A stretch of 64,000 nt of DNA from Candidatus Latescibacterota bacterium (GCA_965217865.1 CBDCJO010000002.1:5056001-5120000); one strand, 5' to 3'. Shown: positions 22,731 through 33,322, numbered from the stretch's first letter. Notes: a model not told the origin generated them from the letters alone. Numbers and translations are program-made.

Positions 22731-23541
22731 GTAGGGCCTATTTTCGTGCAGCCCGTTGGGGTGGAAAAAGGCGATGTCCAAGCTGCGATTATCAGCGCAG
22801 GTTGCCCTTATTAAAAGACGATCGGTTCAGGTGTTCACGGTGTGGATATCGGTTTAAAGATTTCACGGGCACTTATCTTGAAAGGCTTCGAATTTCATTT
22901 GACGAGCTTGCCCATTTACTTTATCTGTTTGTATTGGGAGTGCCCTCTTACCGATCCAGGCACTACCTGTCCGTATCGCTGAAAACGGCTCAGCGGATTT
23001 ATACCACGTTTCGCCAGGCCATCTACGATCATAGCTTTACGGACCAGGTGCTTTGGGGTGAGATCGAGTTGGACGAGGCGATGTATGGAGGTCATCATAA
23101 GGGTAAGCGTGGATGGGGAGCAGCCGGAAAACACTTGGTTTTCGGGCTTTATCAGAGGAACGGAAAAGTCCTCACCTTTCCCATTCCGGATCGAAGTCGA
23201 AACACCCTTACACCGCTTGTGACCTCACACACCAAAGCAGGCAGTCTATACTACACCGATGACTGGCACGCCTACACTTGGCTGTCAGTCAAAGGTGACC
23301 ACGTGGTTGTTCGAAAAGAAGAAGGGGTGCCCAAAGGCAAAGGCCGACATCACATCAATGGCATCGAAGGCTTCTGGAGTTTTTCTAAAAATTGGCTATA
23401 TCAATACAGAGGAATCCCTCGACATCATTTCCATTTATACCTGAAGGAAACAGAGTTCAGATTCAACCAGGAAGACGAGGATCTCTTCCCAATTATTGCT
23501 TCATATCTGGTGAATCTGGTACCAATATCTTCCTAATTACC
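22731..23541 (+). mobile_element. IS1595-family (IS1016-like) element, probably 5'-truncated; transposase ORF 22802..23536
   Basis: GEIELDEAMYGG..KRGWGAAGK, YTDDW.AY, HINGIEGFWS, YLKE.EFRFN; open frame with CPSC...CSRC extends upstream with no start codon; ends uncertain. Confidence 0.85.
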
Positions 23542-23996
23542 TAAGATTAAAGAAGACCATTATCAGCGATCTTAAGCTCGGTGACTCACAAATCCGTTGG
23601 GTTGAAATATATCATACCCCCATCATCGGGGCAAGGGTGGTTTCAATTCGGACTGGATAAGAAGAATCTTCCTAGTTTTTGGTGGAAGCGAGGTTCTGTG
23701 AGGTGACGCATCAGCGGGCCAACGGTCAGCGATCCGGATCAATCCCACACATACCGTTCATCGTAGGCCACTCGATCAAATTGCTAAGATAGGGTCCATT
23801 ATATTCCACGGAGAGCCAAAATTTCAAATCGAGGCATGGGGGTCGGCCATATTCCCGGGGGAATGTGCCTAAGGCGTGGCTCACCGGATAAATCCACCCC
23901 CTACTCATCTCCTGCGATATTTTCCTTTTACTGCGGAAGGTATAGTTATATTTTTTTAACTCCTTTATTTGTATCCCATCAAGCCGGAGAGAATTT

Positions 23997-25199
23997 ATGG
24001 AGATGACTATGTTTCCACGGAAATTGGTGGTTGGAGCGATCGTTGTTTTCCTTATTTGGAACATAGAGGCGGCCCCCCAAACGGAAAGATCGGACTTCGA
24101 CGGAAACGGCAAAGTCGATTTCGATGATTTCTTCCTGTTTGCAGAAGCATTCAACACGGGTGAGGAACGGTTCGATCTCAACGGTAATGGGAAAGTAGAT
24201 CTCGACGGCTTCTTCCTGTTCGCTTCGGACTTCACAGCCGAAAATCCCCCAACGGAATCGAATTCAGATCCGGAATGGATGCGGGTCACCGCTACGAACC
24301 CGGGACCCTCAGCGAGATTCGATCATACCCTGGTCCACGATCCGGTTCGGGATCTCCTCGTGGTTTTTGGCGGGCGTACAACGGGGTCGCTCGGGGATAC
24401 GTGGATTTTCGACCTCAGCAGCAGCTCCTGGCGGGAAGTCCAGACGACGCCTTCCCCCGCACCACGCCACGGATATACGGCCATCTACGATGCACCGCGC
24501 ATGCGCATCGTTATCTTCGGAGGTCAGAGCCCAAGCGGCTTCTTCAACGATGTTTGGGCCTTCGACTCGGAGGGCGAAACGTGGGAGGAACTGACCGTAT
24601 CTGGAGATTCTCCGTCGACGCGATACGGGACATCAGCGATTTTCGACGCCCCGCGCGAAAGGATGATCATCTCGCACGGATTTACCTCCCAGGGGCGTTT
24701 TGACGACACCTGGGCATTCGATCTGACCCTTAACCGGTGGTCGGACATCACGCCGGCGAGCGGCTCCAAGCCGTTGAAACGATGTTTGCACGAGGCCGTT
24801 TACGATGCGACCAACGATCGCATGCTTCTATTCGGGGGTTGCTCTTCCGGTTTTGGGCCCTGCCCGCAGGGAGACTTGTGGGGTTTGGACTTGAAGGCGG
24901 ATATCTGGACCGAGCTGACTCCCTCAGGCGAGTCCCCGGCGTCCAGGAGCAACCCTGGCCTGGTCTACGATACGGGCGGTAAACGGGCGCTTCTGTTCGG
25001 CGGGGGAAATACGGACGACGACACCTGGAGTTTCGACGTGGCATCCGGAAATTGGGAGAAACTCATTTTTCAGGGGGCCACCCCTTCTCCCCGGCGCAGC
25101 CACGATATGACGATCGATCCGGAGAACGGGAGGCTCTTCATGTTCGGTGGCACGGGCTCAACGGGGATCACCGATGATCTTTGGGAGTTAAAATTTTGA
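23997..25199 (+). CDS. Secreted Kelch-repeat protein with N-terminal EF-hand/dockerin-like repeat
   Basis: Signal peptide; DFDGNGKVDFDDF and FDLNGNGKVDLDGF repeats; about 6 Kelch-like units (P.PR..H...YD...R..LFGG...DTW.FD). Confidence 0.85.
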   Translation: MEMTMFPRKLVVGAIVVFLIWNIEAAPQTERSDFDGNGKVDFDDFFLFAEAFNTGEERFDLNGNGKVDLDGFFLFASDFTAENPPTESNSDPEWMRVTATNPGPSARFDHTLVHDPVRDLLVVFGGRTTGSLGDTWIFDLSSSSWREVQTTPSPAPRHGYTAIYDAPRMRIVIFGGQSPSGFFNDVWAFDSEGETWEELTVSGDSPSTRYGTSAIFDAPRERMIISHGFTSQGRFDDTWAFDLTLNRWSDITPASGSKPLKRCLHEAVYDATNDRMLLFGGCSSGFGPCPQGDLWGLDLKADIWTELTPSGESPASRSNPGLVYDTGGKRALLFGGGNTDDDTWSFDVASGNWEKLIFQGATPSPRRSHDMTIDPENGRLFMFGGTGSTGITDDLWELKF

Positions 25200-25231
25200 G
25201 GAAGGCTGAGAACGGGAACGAGATGGACCCT

Positions 25232-26221
25232 TTAATGTTGGAAAAAGGTTTGAAAATCGACCACGCGTTTCTCGTCGGAGGATACCCCGACGGCTTCGAC
25301 GAGAGCCACAGTGATCAGATTCTGGTGGCCTCCGAAGTCGGGTTCCACTCCCTCGGCAATGTACCGGTAGAAGCCATCTAAAAGCACCGTCTCTCCAGGA
25401 GGAACCTCGTCCAGGGGAAGCCTTTCATCAATCTCTGTTCCGGGCCGTTGAAGGCGCAATTCCCTCCCGTCCGACTCCAAAGTTCCCCCTTCGAACTCAA
25501 TACGGAAATTCGTCCCCGGTTTATGGGCGCTGAATGTACAAAGGGCGCCGCAGGTTGCGCCCCCTTCAAACCCCACCCAGGCATAGGTCCCCGCCCCGTG
25601 ATCATACGGACTCCATTGAGGGTTGAAGCTGTGACCCCAAACGTGGGTCGGACGTGCGTCGAAAAGGGACCTCATTGTGTCGAAATCGTGGATGCCCCGC
25701 TCCCAGAGGTAAGAATGACGGACCTTACCGGAATGGTGCGTGCCTCTCCGCATACCGTACTTCGTCAGCAGGCCGAAGGAGGTTTTTCCGTAGGTGCCCT
25801 CCCGGACCAGCCGCCGGATCGTGACGGAAGAAGCTGAATATCGATCGTTCTGGCAAACCGCGACACGCAGGTCGCGGGAATCCGCCTCCTTCACGATTTG
25901 ACGGGCTTCCGAAAGATCCAAGGTAAAGGGTTTCTCGACCATCACGTGTTTTCCAGAACGTAGCGCCTCCATACACTGTTGGGCGTGAAGCTGCGGCGGT
26001 GTGATCACCACGATCGCATCGGCATCCACTTTGTCCACGGCCTCTTTCATGTCCCTGAAGCAGGCCGACTCGGGAAGCCCCGAGACCTCACGGGCAGCCG
26101 CCAGGTTTTCCTCGTTAACATCGACCAGGGCAACACTCTCAAAGTCCTCCCGTTCTGCGGCCCGACTTATGGGCCATTTCCCCCTACCACCGACCCCCAA
26201 GTGGATTAAACGAATCTTCAT
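25232..26221 (-). CDS. Gfo/Idh/MocA oxidoreductase
   Basis: G.GG.G, ITPP.LH, GKHVMVEKP, GIH.FD. Confidence 0.9.
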   Translation of the reverse strand: MKIRLIHLGVGGRGKWPISRAAEREDFESVALVDVNEENLAAAREVSGLPESACFRDMKEAVDKVDADAIVVITPPQLHAQQCMEALRSGKHVMVEKPFTLDLSEARQIVKEADSRDLRVAVCQNDRYSASSVTIRRLVREGTYGKTSFGLLTKYGMRRGTHHSGKVRHSYLWERGIHDFDTMRSLFDARPTHVWGHSFNPQWSPYDHGAGTYAWVGFEGGATCGALCTFSAHKPGTNFRIEFEGGTLESDGRELRLQRPGTEIDERLPLDEVPPGETVLLDGFYRYIAEGVEPDFGGHQNLITVALVEAVGVSSDEKRVVDFQTFFQH

Positions 26222-27009
26222 TGCACTCCCTCGATATGAGCATCGGCTGAGCTCGTCCTCCGTCCACTGACTTCCATAAGAATACTCTCGATGAACGTCT
26301 GCATTCGCTGGTAGTGGGAACCCTTCCAGTATATGCGGTCACAATTGCCACAGATGTGAAATTCGTCATAGGTTTTCCGAGTCATGGGTTGGAGCCGATC
26401 GTCGATGGTTTCTTTCTGGACGAACTTTAAAAGTCCGTTGCAGCTCAGACATCTTTTAAAAGGCCTTACCGTCTCAGACAAGTCGAACCGAAGGAGCACC
26501 TCCCTCAGTTGGCATCGGGGGTTGGTTTCTCGAAGATAGTATCCGTGGGAGACGGAGCGACGTTTCAGGAGGCCAAGATCCCGGGTCAAAAGGGTCCGCC
26601 TTTGATCCCTTGAGATGAGGGCAAGCTCCTCATCCGGGTAATCATTCCGATACATGGTGTCGAACCCCAACATGCGGAGGTAGGAGGCCAACCTGCCCAG
26701 GTGCGTGTCCAGAACAAAGCGGGGTACTCGAAGGGGCCTAGGCCGGACCCGAAGGATGGGGGAGATATCGATGGCTTCAAAGGTGGGATAGACGGCGATC
26801 CGGTCACGAGCCTTTACCCGGTAGGAGAAATCCACTGATTCGCCGTTGGCCAGAATCAGATCGATTTCGGGATGGGGAACACCGAGGGATTCGATTATAT
26901 CTTTGACCGACGGTGTTCCCTCTGTTTGATGGGGAAATTCCACCATCCTTCGCTCGGATGGGAGGAAATCATTCAATTCGGCGTAGAACCGGAAAGAGGC
27001 CTGATTCAT
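26218..27009 (-). CDS. Ub-Mut7C + Mut7-C RNase (PIN-like) domain protein
   Basis: FRFYAELNDFL..SVKD.IESLGVPH.E (ubiquitin-like); FVLD.HLGRLA.YLRMLGFD, LLTRD, RC..CN..C..C.RIYW.GSH. Confidence 0.92.
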   Translation of the reverse strand: MNQASFRFYAELNDFLPSERRMVEFPHQTEGTPSVKDIIESLGVPHPEIDLILANGESVDFSYRVKARDRIAVYPTFEAIDISPILRVRPRPLRVPRFVLDTHLGRLASYLRMLGFDTMYRNDYPDEELALISRDQRRTLLTRDLGLLKRRSVSHGYYLRETNPRCQLREVLLRFDLSETVRPFKRCLSCNGLLKFVQKETIDDRLQPMTRKTYDEFHICGNCDRIYWKGSHYQRMQTFIESILMEVSGRRTSSADAHIEGVQ

Positions 27010-27111
27010 TTGTTCAATACAATCTATGCCTTACAGCCGTTCCAAAAAAAGCCCTTCAGATGGAATTCCGCCGCGTTCATCACAAAACGCTTTAATGGCT
27101 TTTTTCACGGG

Positions 27112-27846
27112 TCACTTTTTAGCCACCCGACTGCAAAGGGCTTCGATTTTGCGGCCGCACTCGGCCCTGGCTTCGCCCAGTCCCTTTGGCGTGGGCGAAC
27201 CGCTCTTGAGGTGGTCTAGCACAATCTGTTCCGCTGCCACGTACTCTTCGCAGGCGTGGGCGACATCGGAGGCAATTTCATTTGGGATGGTGGTGACCCC
27301 GTTGGCATCGCCGTGTAGCAGGTCACCGGGAAAGACGGCGATTCCTCCGACGTGGACTGGAACGTGAATAGAGATGGTGTGGCAAAACCCGTGGGCGCAT
27401 ATGGCTCCGTTGCTGAAGGCGGGAAAACCGATCGCCCGGACCTGGTCCAGATCGCGCGCAGCCCCGCTGGTTACGAGACCTGCGGCTCCGAAGGTTTTGT
27501 ATGCGGTGCACATGACTTCACCAAAAGTTGCCGCTGCCGTAGGATCATCCAGGTCCTGGTAGACCACGATGGGGGGAGAGGGGATCTAAACAAACGCGGC
27601 GACCTGTTTATCCATGCTGGAGTATACGTCGCCGGCTCCCGGGAGCGCATAGGTTCGGAGCGTGGCCGTGGCCGCATAACCGACCATTGGGGGCATTTCC
27701 GGGAAGCAGGACCGGATCCGATTGTCCATGTAACCGGTGTTGCGAGACCGGACCTTGAAGACCTCGATCACATTGCAGATGGTCGGCGTGTCGAATTTCC
27801 GAAGAAGGTCGAGATCGGCTTGAGCGAGGCCTTTTTCACTCATCAT
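27112..27846 (-). pseudogene. RraA/HMG-aldolase family protein with in-frame TAG at 27586-27588
   Basis: Two same-frame ORFs separated by one TAG: ..[15 protein letters not shown]..; [24 protein letters not shown]. Confidence 0.85.
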
Positions 27847-27975
27847 TAACTCCTTATATATAACTTAGGTTAGACGATTAGAAAAGGACCGATGCCACAG
27901 CGTGAAGCCTTGTAAAGAAGGGGGGAGTATAACACGGCTTTTAAGAGGTGTCAAGCAAAAAGGCAGCCTTCAAGA

Positions 27976-29295
27976 TCATCTGGTGTAAGGAATAGCGCCC
28001 GTTTCATGGACTTTATACCCGAAGCGATCCAGGTACGCCCCTGATGGAAGCAATTCATCCCCCGGACCGCGAGCATCCGGTTCAGCAGGTGGTCAAGTTC
28101 TCTCTGCAAATCTCCAAACCGGGGTGAATCCAAAAGGTTTTCCAACTGGTAGGGGTCCTCACGGTTGTCGTAGAGGAGCCATGGGCCGTCGAGCTTCCGG
28201 ACATAGGTGTAGCGTCCGGCACGAACCCCCCGCCATGGTTCAAAACGAGGATCGGGAAAGGGGGCGATGGACATTATCAACGATGCCTCGTTCCCCTCAA
28301 AGGGCTCTCCCCTGATTTCGGGGGAATGGTCCAATCGATACCACTGTCGCAGGAACAGCTACTTCCGCGAGGCCGAGAAGGGTCGGAAGGATGTCCACCA
28401 CGTTGAATGGCTTTATGATCCTCATTCCGGGTTCAGATTGGTCGGGAGCCGTTAGAACGAATGGAACCAGGATGGATTCGTCCCAGGGGTGCTGTTTTGT
28501 CTGGACGTTCTGAGAGCCGAGCATATCCCCGTGGTCGGATGTAAAGCAGAAGATGGTATTTTCCATCAGCCCGTTCTCGTCCAGGGCCTTCCAAAGCCGC
28601 CCCAACTGATCATCCAGGGAAGAGACGTGGGCATAATAACCCCTAAGGTTTTCCCGGGATGGATGCGGACAGTTCGGGCGGACTTCCATCCGGCCCTCTG
28701 GAACCATGTCAAGATATCGCTGGGGTACTTTCCGATAAGGGTTGTGAGGGGGCCCCAGGAGAGGACGAGGGCGAAAGGCATCTTCCTGTCGTGGGACCGA
28801 ATAAAGTCGATTGCGGCGGTGGTCTTGCTCTTCCGCGTCGTAACCGTTCCAGTAGAGGGGTTCTGGGGTATCCCGGTAATAGATGGAATGGAAATAGTCG
28901 TGGGTGCAGTTCCCTACCATCCAGAAGTCGAATCCCTGACGACGGGGGCCGGGGGGTGTGAAGGCGCTGCGCTCAGGTCCGTCAAGATGCCATTTCCCGA
29001 TGTAACCCGTTTTGTAGCCTAGCCTCTCGAAAGATTGTGCCCAGGGTCGGGAACCCTCCCTGAGAGAGGAAGATCATTCAGGAAGATGCCGTTTGAGAGG
29101 GGGTACTGACCTGTTAGAAAGGCCGCACGCCACGGTGTGCATACGGGAATATTGGAGACCGTGTTTTCAAAGACGACCCCACGGTCAGCCATCCTATCCA
29201 TCGTTGGGAGTTTGAACTTGCTGGCATCCTCCGAAACCAGTAGTCTGGGCGCGGAGTTGGTCCGCAAATGCAAAGACGACGTTTGGACGGGCTAT
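27976..29295 (-). pseudogene. Sulfatase pseudogene (at least five frameshifts)
   Basis: PNVVFAFADQLR, CTPWRA (CxPxR), GYIGKWHL, FTSDHGDM, DILPTL and LYD...DPYQL.NL lie in different reading frames. Confidence 0.9.
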
Positions 29296-29411
29296 TGGAA
29301 TTTCCGGGAAGGATATGGGAATGTAGGAGAAGTCTTAGTGGAAAACTGTAACCCTGAGCCCAGTTTGTCAACAATATTCAAAGAGACAACAATTCGAACC
29401 TTCGGTTGCAC

Positions 29412-29439
29412 TTGACACGCGTCGATTTAATGCTATCAT
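29412..29439 (+). promoter_or_regulatory. sigma70-like promoter upstream of FIST gene
   Basis: TTGACA-16 bp-TATCAT with TG extension. Confidence 0.55.
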
Positions 29440-29488
29440 GATCCCCGGACTTGGGGTTGAGATGATTGTCTAAACCGGAGGAACTCAC

Positions 29489-30694
29489 GTGGACTGGGCA
29501 TCTGCAGTCTCCCGGGAACGGGTGTTGTCCGCTGCGGTGGAAGAATTGGCCGAGGCCTTAACGAGTCAGCTCGGCGGCGAAAAGCCTAATCTGGTCTTGG
29601 GATTTATTTCCCCTGACCATCGCGACAACTATGAACAGCTTCCAGACCTGATCCACGATCGATTAAGCCAGAATGTATTTGTTGGGTGTTCGGCCATGGG
29701 GGTGATTGGAGGCGGCGAAGAGATCGAACACCAGGTTGGACTTTCGCTTACGGCGGCCTTTCTTCCCGGAGTCACGCTCCATCCCTTTCATATCGAGTCG
29801 AACCAGATTCCTAATCCGGATGCGGAACCCAAGGCGTGGGTTGAATCGCTGGAGGTTTCTCAAAGGCCAGCGGCTCACTTCATCATTCTTGCGGACCCCT
29901 ACACCTTCGACCCGAGGGCCCTCTTGATGGGTTTAGATTTTGCCTATAGCGATGGGGCCAAGATCGGTGGACTCGCATCGGCGCCGGATGGCAATGCCCT
30001 ATTCCTGAATCGGGATCTGTTCTCTTCTGGAGCCGTTGGAGTCGCCCTTCAAGGGAACCTCAAAATAGATACGGTTGTGGCTCAGGGTTGCCGCCCCATC
30101 GGGACACCTATGACGATCACAGGATGCCAGAACCATTACCTATTGGAAGTGGATGGCAAGAAGCCCATGGAGACCCTCGCGGAACTCTATGGGATACTTC
30201 CCCCGAAGGACCAGGAACTGGTAAGGCACTCCCTTCACATTGGGATTGCAAGCACTGAGCTTCAAGAGGAGTTCAAGCAAGGGGACTTTCTGATCAGGAA
30301 CGTCATGGGGGCAGATCAGGAAAAGGGGATTCTTGTCATCGGGGACAACTTGCGGAATGGCCAGACCATCCAGTTCCACGTTAGGGATGCAGATACCGCG
30401 GCTGAAGATATAGATCAGATGCTTTCTCTATATCGGGACGAGATTGGCGGAAGGTCACCCTCCGGCGCACTGCTCTTTTCGTGCGTGGGAAGGGGTGAGC
30501 ATCTTTATGGACAGTCCAACCACGACTCGAATGTGTTCAAAAGGAAACTCGGGAAGATTCCAATCGGGGGATTCTTCTGCAACGGAGAAATCGGTCCCGT
30601 CGTTCAATCAACCCATCTTCACGGGTTTACGAGTTCTTTTGGAATTTTCAGGCCGTTGGAGATAGAAGGCGTAGAACGTGAAACAGAGTCGTGA
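29489..30694 (+). CDS. FIST N/C sensory-domain protein (NosP-like)
   Basis: GCSA.GVIG, GGLAS, QGCRPIG, QFHVRD, LFSCVGRG, GFFCNGEIGP..LHGFT. Confidence 0.92.
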   Translation: MDWASAVSRERVLSAAVEELAEALTSQLGGEKPNLVLGFISPDHRDNYEQLPDLIHDRLSQNVFVGCSAMGVIGGGEEIEHQVGLSLTAAFLPGVTLHPFHIESNQIPNPDAEPKAWVESLEVSQRPAAHFIILADPYTFDPRALLMGLDFAYSDGAKIGGLASAPDGNALFLNRDLFSSGAVGVALQGNLKIDTVVAQGCRPIGTPMTITGCQNHYLLEVDGKKPMETLAELYGILPPKDQELVRHSLHIGIASTELQEEFKQGDFLIRNVMGADQEKGILVIGDNLRNGQTIQFHVRDADTAAEDIDQMLSLYRDEIGGRSPSGALLFSCVGRGEHLYGQSNHDSNVFKRKLGKIPIGGFFCNGEIGPVVQSTHLHGFTSSFGIFRPLEIEGVERETES

Positions 30695-30730
30695 ACCGTT
30701 TTAGGGGATGGGAATCGGAGGAGATTTTCG

Positions 30731-31330
30731 ATGAAAGAGATCTTGAAAGATATCTATACGTGGGCATGGTACTCGGAGATGAAGGGTTTTGATTTCAACG
30801 GATGGTTGATTCGCACCTCCGATGCGACAGTGATGGTCGATCCACCGATAATGACGGGTGATGAACTGGCTCGCATCGATGAGCTCGGATCTCCGAAACA
30901 TATCATCGTGACCAATCGGGATCACGATCGGGAGGTCGCCGATTATCGTGAACGTTTCGGAGCGGAGACCTGGATGCACAAACTGGATGCCCCCCTTGTG
31001 GACATCCGGATCGACCATACTTTCGAACACGGGAACGTGCTCCCGGGGGATCTTGAGGTCATTCATATTCAGGATAACAAATCCCCGGGAGAGTCAGCCT
31101 TGCTGCTTCACCGGATTCCCAACGTGCTTATATTGGGCGATGCTCTGATCGGAAACCCTCCCGGGAAGCTGACTCTTCTTCCGCCGGATAAGTACGCGGA
31201 AGTATCCAAGGCTCGAGAGGGCATCCGGATCCTTCTCGACTACGAATTCAGCCCAATCCTGACCAGCGACGGATCCTCCATCCTCGAAAATGGGCGTGCT
31301 GCGATAGATTTTTTTCTGAGCGATCCTTAA
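30731..31330 (+). CDS. Metallo-beta-lactamase-fold protein (degenerate motif)
   Basis: VDPP, TNRDH.R, KSPGE, GDAL. Confidence 0.7.
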   Translation: MKEILKDIYTWAWYSEMKGFDFNGWLIRTSDATVMVDPPIMTGDELARIDELGSPKHIIVTNRDHDREVADYRERFGAETWMHKLDAPLVDIRIDHTFEHGNVLPGDLEVIHIQDNKSPGESALLLHRIPNVLILGDALIGNPPGKLTLLPPDKYAEVSKAREGIRILLDYEFSPILTSDGSSILENGRAAIDFFLSDP

Positions 31331-32016
31331 CCCGATATGGCCTCCAGGACCATGTCCGTGTTCTCAAGCGTTTCAAATAGGTGATCGGCACCCCGTTCCT
31401 CGAGCTGTTGAATATCATAATTTCCGGTCGCCACAATCACGGTTCGGGCGCCGATATGTCTGGCACACCGAATATCGTTCGGTGTATCCCCGACCACCAC
31501 AACTTCCTCTCCTATAAACGTTCTGCCCGCGATTTCGCCCCCTCGCTGCACCGCGATTTCAGCCAGGACACATCGGTCGGGGTGATCATCACCAAATGCC
31601 CCGAATTCGAAAAAACCGTCCAATCCCACAGCATCCAGCTTAACGGATGCACCCGCCCGAATGTTTCCCGTCAACAGGCCGAGGAGTGTCCGTGGGTCAT
31701 CGTGCAATCTGTTGACGACTTCGCGAACGCCGGGATATAGCTTGGCCTCAAATCCGTTCGATAAACGGACCGCCATTTCAGATACATAAGACTCCCAAAC
31801 CCGGGGAAGCCTTTCGAGCACCTCTGTTTCCACCAGGCCCGCGGAGGACATCAGTTCGAGACAGATTTGCGTATCGGTCTTTCCGCTCATGGTGTACCCC
31901 TCGTGGGAAAAATCTCGACGAAAGACTTCCCTTAGAGCGAATAACAGAGAGCTTCCGCCCGCACCCCCGGAGCTCAGGAGGGTGCCGTCGATATCGAATA
32001 AGACAAGACGATCCAC
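31327..32016 (-). CDS. HAD-superfamily hydrolase (phosphoglycolate phosphatase-like)
   Basis: FDIDGTL, LTGN, VGDTPND. Confidence 0.88.
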   Translation of the reverse strand: MDRLVLFDIDGTLLSSGGAGGSSLLFALREVFRRDFSHEGYTMSGKTDTQICLELMSSAGLVETEVLERLPRVWESYVSEMAVRLSNGFEAKLYPGVREVVNRLHDDPRTLLGLLTGNIRAGASVKLDAVGLDGFFEFGAFGDDHPDRCVLAEIAVQRGGEIAGRTFIGEEVVVVGDTPNDIRCARHIGARTVIVATGNYDIQQLEERGADHLFETLENTDMVLEAISG

Positions 32017-32033
32017 GGGGACACCGAAAAGAA

Positions 32034-32118
32034 AAGCAGAATACAGAATGCAGAATTCAGAAGGAAAACCGATTTATTTTATCCTCTATTGAATTCTGAC
32101 TCCTGGATTCTATATTCC
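32034..32118. repeat. Inverted arrays of degenerate heptamers (CAGAATN)n ... (NATTCTG)n
   Basis: CAGAATA-CAGAATG-CAGAATT-CAGAA ... AATTCTG-ACTCCTG-GATTCTA; related units at 15585-15665. Confidence 0.7.
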
Positions 32119-32140
32119 GGTGGAGAGGGGTGGATGGGTA

Positions 32141-33322
32141 TTATTCTTTCGCTTCGTAGACTATTTCACCCTGGAAAATGGTTGCCTCGATCTTCATCCG
32201 CTTCAGCTCATCATCCCACCTTAAAAGGACCATGTCTGCGGATTTTCCGGAATCCAAACTACCTGTCTTCCCTTCGATCCCGAGGGCTCTCGCAGGGTTG
32301 TAAGAGGCCATACGCACCGCTTGGGACAGGGGAATGTCGCAAAATCCGACCGCGTTCTGGACGCCGGAGTCGATCAAGAGACCTGCTCCGGCCAGGTATG
32401 GGGTCCCGGCCAGAGATATTTTTCCTTCCGGGCTCAGATCCACTTCGCGGGGATCTTCAACACCGGAGATCGCTTCGCCATCATATCTTCCTGGGGGCAT
32501 CCCGGCGAGGGCGACCGCATCGCTCACGAGTATGGATCTGTTCAGGCCCTTCGCCCGGACAAGGCATTTGACAACGGAAGGGGGGAGATGGTGGCCGTCG
32601 GCCATAAAACCCATCCAGAGTTCGTCTCGGGATAACTGTTCCCATATATAGTTTGAATGGCGTGGAAGCATACTGTGGGAACCATTTCCCAGGTGGGTTG
32701 ACATTCTCGCCCCGGCTTTTATCGCTGCGTCGATATGGGTCGGTTCCGCCGCCGTATGGCCGAGTGAAACGATCACGCCGCTTTCAACCACCTTTTCGAT
32801 GAATCGGATTGCTCCTGACCGTTCAGGGGCAAGGGTGAGAATCCGGATTTTCCCCCCGGATGTCTCCTGCCACCGGCGAAACTCATCCCAATCCGGATCA
32901 CGCACATATTGCAACATGTGCGCCCCCCGGGGCCCATCTTCGGATGAAATGTAAGGACCTTCTACGTGGATCCCCGGGATTGCCCCATCGACCTTCGAAT
33001 CCCGACAGGCTTCTCGAATCGCGGTCAAGGAACGTATCATCTGCTCCTGGGGCCCTGTAATGATTGTGGGGCAAAATCTGGTCGTACCGCTGGGATACAA
33101 TTTCCCCGGGATTTTTGCTATGATCTCTGGGGTGACCTTATTGCCGTTTACGTTGAGCCCTCCAACCCCATTGACCTGCAGGTCGATGAAGCCCGGAGCG
33201 ATGACCAGGTCGTCATCGCCCAGGTCTTCGCCTTGTCCCTGACCCACCTGTCCGATCATTCCGTGGTGGACTCCGATCGTAACGCTCCGAGTCTCTCCCA
33301 GAGGTTTTCCCCTGATCTGCAT
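32141..33322 (-). CDS. nagA: N-acetylglucosamine-6-phosphate deacetylase family amidohydrolase
   Basis: PGFIDLQVNG, H.EGPY, GAH, LAPE, GHT, THLGN, DGHH, SDA. Confidence 0.8.
   Translation of the reverse strand: MQIRGKPLGETRSVTIGVHHGMIGQVGQGQGEDLGDDDLVIAPGFIDLQVNGVGGLNVNGNKVTPEIIAKIPGKLYPSGTTRFCPTIITGPQEQMIRSLTAIREACRDSKVDGAIPGIHVEGPYISSEDGPRGAHMLQYVRDPDWDEFRRWQETSGGKIRILTLAPERSGAIRFIEKVVESGVIVSLGHTAAEPTHIDAAIKAGARMSTHLGNGSHSMLPRHSNYIWEQLSRDELWMGFMADGHHLPPSVVKCLVRAKGLNRSILVSDAVALAGMPPGRYDGEAISGVEDPREVDLSPEGKISLAGTPYLAGAGLLIDSGVQNAVGFCDIPLSQAVRMASYNPARALGIEGKTGSLDSGKSADMVLLRWDDELKRMKIEATIFQGEIVYEAKE

Noticed and set aside
27586-27588. Pyrrolysine or genetic-code reassignment
   Set aside because: TAG is a normal stop elsewhere in the window and no pyl genes are visible
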